Below are positions 59,696 to 64,000 of a stretch of 64,000 nt of DNA, one piece after another (the stretch's first letter is position 1; each line of letters starts with the position of its first letter). The translations under genes were made by a program, and so were the position numbers. The notes under the pieces are model-generated. The model saw nothing but the letters and a program-made list of their open reading frames with translations, had not been told where the DNA came from and searched no databases. Source of the stretch: Verrucomicrobiota bacterium (GTDB lineage Bacteria > Verrucomicrobiota > Verrucomicrobiia > Limisphaerales > Palsa-1400); contig JBEKYR010000003.1 in the NCBI GenBank assembly GCA_049510745.1, forward strand, positions 128,001 through 192,000, in the 5' to 3' direction.

Positions 59696-59725
59696 TTGAC
59701 AATGTAGTCGCGTGTGACTACATTG
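59696..59725 (+). promoter_or_regulatory. TA promoter with palindromic operator
   Basis: TTGACA-17-TACATT, overlapped by CAATGTAGTC-n6-GACTACATTG. Confidence 0.85.
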
Positions 59726-59730
59726 GAACC

Positions 59731-60057
59731 GTGAAAACAAAAACAGCGAAATACACCGCTGCCAAATCGCAGCCGAGGGTGCTCAGAGAAATTGCCGTGG
59801 CGCCAGGCACGGGAGAAATCATCAATGTGCGGTCAGCCAAGACCCATCTCTCCGCGCTGCTCGAATGGGTGGCGGGCGGACATGAAATCACCATCACCAG
59901 CGACGGCAAGCCCAAGGCCAAATTGATCGCAGTTGCGGAAGCCAAAGGACGAAAGACGTTCCAGGGAATGGGTGATTTTCTCTCCAGCCAGCCTGTTCAT
60001 CGCGGGCCGTCCGCCGGGGAAGTCATCCGGGCAGATCGCGACTCCCGCGGCTGGTGA
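59731..60057 (+). CDS. Phd/YefM-family antitoxin
   Basis: INVRSAKTHLSALLEWVAGGHEITITSDGKPKAKL. Confidence 0.88.
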   Translation: MKTKTAKYTAAKSQPRVLREIAVAPGTGEIINVRSAKTHLSALLEWVAGGHEITITSDGKPKAKLIAVAEAKGRKTFQGMGDFLSSQPVHRGPSAGEVIRADRDSRGW

Positions 60058-60512
60058 TGTACCTCGATTCCGCCATCATTGTGAAATTGCTCGTGCGCGA
60101 ATCCGACAGCCAATGGTTCGATCGCGCTCTGGCTGGACACAGTTTCGAGACTTCGGAACTGGCGCTGACGGAGGTCCGTTCCGCCCTGCTGGCCAAAGAG
60201 CGCAACGGCCAAATCACCTCACCCGAGCGCGTCGCTGCCACGGGAAAACTTCACTCGATGGTGGAAGCCGGGATTATCGAGCTGCTGGCGCTTAATCGTG
60301 CCGTGCTCGAACGCGCCAGCCAAATCCAACTCGCGTGTCATCCGGGCATCCCGTTGCGCACCCTCGATGCCCTTCACGTCGCCACGTGCGAGTTGCATCG
60401 CAGCGGCACGATGTGTGCGACCGACGGCCGGATGCGCGCCGCCTGCGATCACTTCGCCATCGCGCTCCTTCCCGCGCGCATGGAGGAAATAGCCGCTGAC
60501 AGCCCAAAGTAG
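60057..60512 (+). CDS. vapC: PIN-domain toxin
   Basis: [15 protein letters not shown] and TD acidic PIN motifs; the start overlaps the antitoxin stop. Confidence 0.88.
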   Translation: MYLDSAIIVKLLVRESDSQWFDRALAGHSFETSELALTEVRSALLAKERNGQITSPERVAATGKLHSMVEAGIIELLALNRAVLERASQIQLACHPGIPLRTLDALHVATCELHRSGTMCATDGRMRAACDHFAIALLPARMEEIAADSPK

Positions 60513-60529
60513 CGGACTTTACTTCTTAT

Positions 60530-61546
60530 ATGAATCTACTCGTCACAGGCGGCGCCGGTTTCATCGGATCGAACCTGATCCATCATATTATTGACAAGCC
60601 TGAAATCCGCCTTCTGGCCAATCTCGATTGCCTGACCTACGCCGGCCATTTGGAGAACCTGGAGGCCGTGGCCCGTCATCCAAAGTACGTTTTTGAAAAG
60701 GCCGACTTGCGCGACAAGGACCGCGTCCTGGACGCGGTGCGACGGCACTCGGTCACGCACGTTTTGCACCTGGCCGCGGAGTCGCACGTGGACCGGTCCA
60801 TTACCGGGCCGGGTGACTTCATCCATACCAACATCGTGGGAACGTTCCACCTTCTGGAGGCGGCGCGGGCCGCCTGGGGCGGCAACTTCGCCGGCAAACG
60901 CTTCCATCACGTCTCGACCGACGAGGTCTATGGCAGCCTGGGACCGGCGGGACACTTTGTCGAAACAACCCCCTACGCGCCCAATTCGCCCTACTCGGCC
61001 AGCAAAGCCGCCAGCGACTTTCTGGTGCGCTCGTATCATCACACCTACGGATTGCCGGTGGTGACGACCAATTGCTCGAACAACTACGGTCCCTTCCAGT
61101 TCCCGGAAAAGCTCATCCCGGTCATCATCGAAAGCCTCTGCCAGCGCCGGGCCATTCCGGTTTATGGCGACGGCTTGAACGTGCGCGACTGGCTTTATGT
61201 GCGCGACCATGCCGAGGCGCTCTGGCAGGTTTTGACCCGCGGCCGGGACGGGGAAACCTACAACATCGGCGGGCACAACGAGTGGGCCAATATCCGCATT
61301 GTCGAACTGATCTGCGATCTCATGGACGAGTTGGCACCGCACTTGGGCGGCAACTCCCGCCGTCTGATCACCTTTGTGCGGGACCGCCCCGGCCACGACC
61401 GCCGCTATGCCATCGACGCCGGCAAAATCGAACGGGAATTGGGATGGAAACCGGCGCATACTTTTCAGAGCGGCTTGCGAGAAACAATTCAGTGGTATCT
61501 GGGCAACCAGGATTGGGTGCAGCGCGTCAAAAAACAGAAGAATTAG
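60530..61546 (+). CDS. rfbB: dTDP-glucose 4,6-dehydratase
   Basis: [31 protein letters not shown] and [10 protein letters not shown]. Confidence 0.96.
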   Translation: MNLLVTGGAGFIGSNLIHHIIDKPEIRLLANLDCLTYAGHLENLEAVARHPKYVFEKADLRDKDRVLDAVRRHSVTHVLHLAAESHVDRSITGPGDFIHTNIVGTFHLLEAARAAWGGNFAGKRFHHVSTDEVYGSLGPAGHFVETTPYAPNSPYSASKAASDFLVRSYHHTYGLPVVTTNCSNNYGPFQFPEKLIPVIIESLCQRRAIPVYGDGLNVRDWLYVRDHAEALWQVLTRGRDGETYNIGGHNEWANIRIVELICDLMDELAPHLGGNSRRLITFVRDRPGHDRRYAIDAGKIERELGWKPAHTFQSGLRETIQWYLGNQDWVQRVKKQKN

Positions 61547-61557
61547 ACCCGCCAGGC

Positions 61558-61733
61558 TGTCGGAAAACCTTACAGGTTTACAGCATCGAGGGGTTTCCCC
61601 GGCAATGCGGCCCGTAAATCGCAGTTGGCTCAAAAAAGACGTTAGCGATTGAACGTGAGTTGGATACAAGGCAAACGCCCGCTCCGTGCCAGCCATTTCT
61701 CCGCCAAAAGAGAGTTTTGGCACGATGATTGCG
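61558..61733 (+). promoter_or_regulatory. Sigma54 promoter with candidate upstream enhancer
   Basis: TGGCACG-atga-TTGCG (61718-61733). TGT-N11-ACA site TGTCGGAAAACCTTACA (61558-61574) and TTTACA (61577-61582). Confidence 0.7.
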
Positions 61734-61830
61734 GTAAAACCCCACGCGGGACCGTTGTTAACGGTGTTTCCGGCTATTTCGCGGTAATTTTGTTTCATGC
61801 CCCGAGCAGAGACTAAAGGTTTGTAAGGAT

Positions 61831-62820
61831 ATGATCCTGTTATTAGGCGCCAGCGGATACGTTGGCAAGACTTTCGCCAGCGAGTTGCGAAGGCGGGGCC
61901 ATTCCTTTATCCCGCTGACCCGCCGCGCCTTCGACTACACGCGGTTTGATTTCCTGTTCGATTATCTTCGCACCATGCGGCCGGTCTTTCTCGTCAACGC
62001 CGCCGGTTATGCGGGCAGCGGGAACGGACACGTGACGGCGGCAGAACGGGAGAAGATGATCGCGGCCAATGCCATCCTGCCGCAGATGATCGCCCGCGTC
62101 TGCCTGATGACCAACACCCCCTGGGGGCATGTGTCTTCAGGGTCGATCTATTGCGGCGCCAAAGTCCTGCGCCGGGGAACGGTGGAAATTGAAAGACACC
62201 TCGGACGGCCCGATCTGCTCGACCTCTTTGAAACGCATCCCGAAAGGTTCCGCGGCTTTACGGAATGGGACGAGCCTAATTTCTCCTTCCGCTCCGCCCC
62301 GTGCGATTTCCACAGCGGAACCAGGGCTTTGGCGGAGGAAGCCATCCGCGACCTCGGTCAAAGTTACATCTGGCGGCTGCGGCAACCCTTCAATGAGCGG
62401 GACGAACCCTGCAACTGGCTCTCCCAAGTGCGGCGCAACGACGAGGTTCATGACAACATTAACTCGTTTTCCCACCTGGAGGATTGCGTCAAAGCCTGCC
62501 TGGACCTCTGGGAAATACGGGCGCCCTTTGGCATTTACAATGTCACCAATCCCGGCGCCATGACCCTCCGCCACGCCGCCGCCGAGATGCAACGCATCGT
62601 CAAATCCGGTCCGCATGTGCTGCCGGGTGAAGAGCAGGAGACGGCCAAATCGCCCAGGTCCAACTGCATCCTCGACGCCGCCAAGCTGCTCAAAACCGGC
62701 GTCAAGCTGCGCCCCCTTTCCGAGGCGTTTGAGGATTGCCTCGACCGGCTGCGTCTGACTTCGCGGACGGCAAGAACATTCGATGCGGTTTCCAGATACC
62801 CGGCCCTGGCCTATCACTAG
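61831..62820 (+). CDS. Paralog of the NRS/ER-type enzyme with catalytic residues replaced
   Basis: Colinear with 58729-59688 and retains GASGYVG, but YSGTK has become HSGTR. Confidence 0.8.
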   Translation: MILLLGASGYVGKTFASELRRRGHSFIPLTRRAFDYTRFDFLFDYLRTMRPVFLVNAAGYAGSGNGHVTAAEREKMIAANAILPQMIARVCLMTNTPWGHVSSGSIYCGAKVLRRGTVEIERHLGRPDLLDLFETHPERFRGFTEWDEPNFSFRSAPCDFHSGTRALAEEAIRDLGQSYIWRLRQPFNERDEPCNWLSQVRRNDEVHDNINSFSHLEDCVKACLDLWEIRAPFGIYNVTNPGAMTLRHAAAEMQRIVKSGPHVLPGEEQETAKSPRSNCILDAAKLLKTGVKLRPLSEAFEDCLDRLRLTSRTARTFDAVSRYPALAYH

Positions 62821-62919
62821 GCGGGGGCGCAAGGGCCTCGCGGCCTCAACATAGTCGGTCGAAACTTCCCGGCGATGCCGGGCACGCCAGACCAATACCC
62901 GAAAGAAAAGAGTCATTCT

Positions 62920-63843
62920 ATGCCTGATCCTGAACCTGCCGTCCCTGCCCGCCTCGTTTTCCGCCGCCAACTGATCCTGCTGGCGGTGGTCGCGGGGCTG
63001 TTGCTCCTGTGCTTTGGCCGGCCATTGCTGCAATTGATCACGTTCTCGCTGCACGACGAATTGTTCTCGTACATCCCCCTGATTCCGTTCATCAGCGCCT
63101 ATTTCATTTGGATCAACAGGCAACGTTTTGTGCCCGACCTCCTGCCTTGTTGGTTTGGGGCCATTTTTTTTGGCCTCGCCGGCTCGGCTCTCGTCACCGG
63201 GTATTGGATCGCGGCCCGGTCCGGGTGGCTGCCGGCGAAGCAGGATTACCTCTCATTGATGACGCTGTCCTTTCTTTGCTTTTTCTGGGGCGGCTGCCTG
63301 GCGCTGCTCGGATCGAAGATGCTGCGGCAGGTGCTCTTTCCCGCCGCCTTCCTTATCTTTGCCGTGCCGCTTCCGACGGTTTGGATGGCGCCCATCGACA
63401 CGTTCTTCCAATACACCTCGGCCACCGCCGCCCAGGGGTTCTTCGGCCTCTACGGCACCCCGGTGCTCCGGGACGGACTGGACCTGCATTTGCCGGGTTT
63501 CGCCTTGACAGTCGCTCCTGAATGCAGTGGCATTCATTCCACTCTGGTTCTGTTTATGACCAGCTTTATGGCGGGTTATTTGTTTTTGGATCGGTCCTGG
63601 CAACGCGCCCTTTTGGTGCTGGCGGTCGTCCCTTTGGCCATCCTCAGAAACGGTTTCCGCATTTTCGTCGTCGGCGAGTTGTGCGTTCATATCGGTCCCG
63701 ATATGATCAACTCCCCCATCCATCGAAAAGGCGGGCCGATTTTCTTTGCCCTGTCGCTCATTCCGTTCTTGTTGTTTCTGGTTTTTCTGAGAAGACTCAA
63801 CCCTGCTGCGCGGCCGCCGCTCAAACCGGAGCCGCAACCCTGA
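62920..63843 (+). CDS. Exosortase (resembles the verrucomicrobial XrtC type)
   Basis: Multi-TM protein with the Cys-Arg-His triad motifs VAPECSGI, RNGFRI and PIHRKGG. Confidence 0.9.
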   Translation: MPDPEPAVPARLVFRRQLILLAVVAGLLLLCFGRPLLQLITFSLHDELFSYIPLIPFISAYFIWINRQRFVPDLLPCWFGAIFFGLAGSALVTGYWIAARSGWLPAKQDYLSLMTLSFLCFFWGGCLALLGSKMLRQVLFPAAFLIFAVPLPTVWMAPIDTFFQYTSATAAQGFFGLYGTPVLRDGLDLHLPGFALTVAPECSGIHSTLVLFMTSFMAGYLFLDRSWQRALLVLAVVPLAILRNGFRIFVVGELCVHIGPDMINSPIHRKGGPIFFALSLIPFLLFLVFLRRLNPAARPPLKPEPQP

Positions 63844-63844
63844 T

Positions 63845-64000
63845 ATGATTATGAGGATGTTTCATCGTCAATGGCCTCGCTTCCTGGCGCTGGCCTTGTG
63901 CCTGGCGCTGGGTGCCGGATGCACCAAGGCCGCGCGGGCCAAAAGACTCTTGGCTTCCGCCGAACGCGATTTTCAAACTCAACGCTACGATGCTGCGGAG
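63845..64000 (+). CDS. 5' part of a TPR lipoprotein (PrsT-like), truncated by the window edge
   Basis: MIMRMFHRQWPRFLALALCLALGAG-C lipobox, then TKAARAKRLLASAERDFQTQRYDAAE. Confidence 0.65.
   Translation, partial: MIMRMFHRQWPRFLALALCLALGAGCTKAARAKRLLASAERDFQTQRYDAAE

Overview
GC-rich bacterial DNA whose gene families (H-X9-DG prepilin-type protein, signal-peptide S74 fibre protein, XrtC-like exosortase) suggest Verrucomicrobiota; that assignment is inference. The window has two parts. (1) 1-23.9 kb is a cell-envelope locus: ExbD-TonB-ExbD, an AraC regulator coupled to a TpsB transporter, an H-X9-DG prepilin-type protein, a 1345-aa TpsA haemagglutinin, a divergent PstS-like secreted protein, a second secreted protein and a putative porin. 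Pho-box-like repeats lie upstream of three of these genes. Two apparent insertions interrupt it: a serine hydrolase plus an arsR-arsC-acr3 operon, and an S74 tail-fibre-like adhesin with a small partner. (2) 24.3-64 kb is a roughly 40-kb co-oriented exopolysaccharide/exosortase cluster led by an RfaH/NusG paralog. It includes Wzx, Wzy, a kinase-dead-looking Wzc, a probable diacetamido-uronic acid pathway, a rhamnose pathway with a plant-type NRS/ER enzyme and no rmlC, a vapBC-type module, and a sigma54-type unit (dead NRS/ER paralog, exosortase, TPR lipoprotein). No tRNA, rRNA, CRISPR array or intact mobile element was seen. All family calls come from motif recognition by eye, with no database search.
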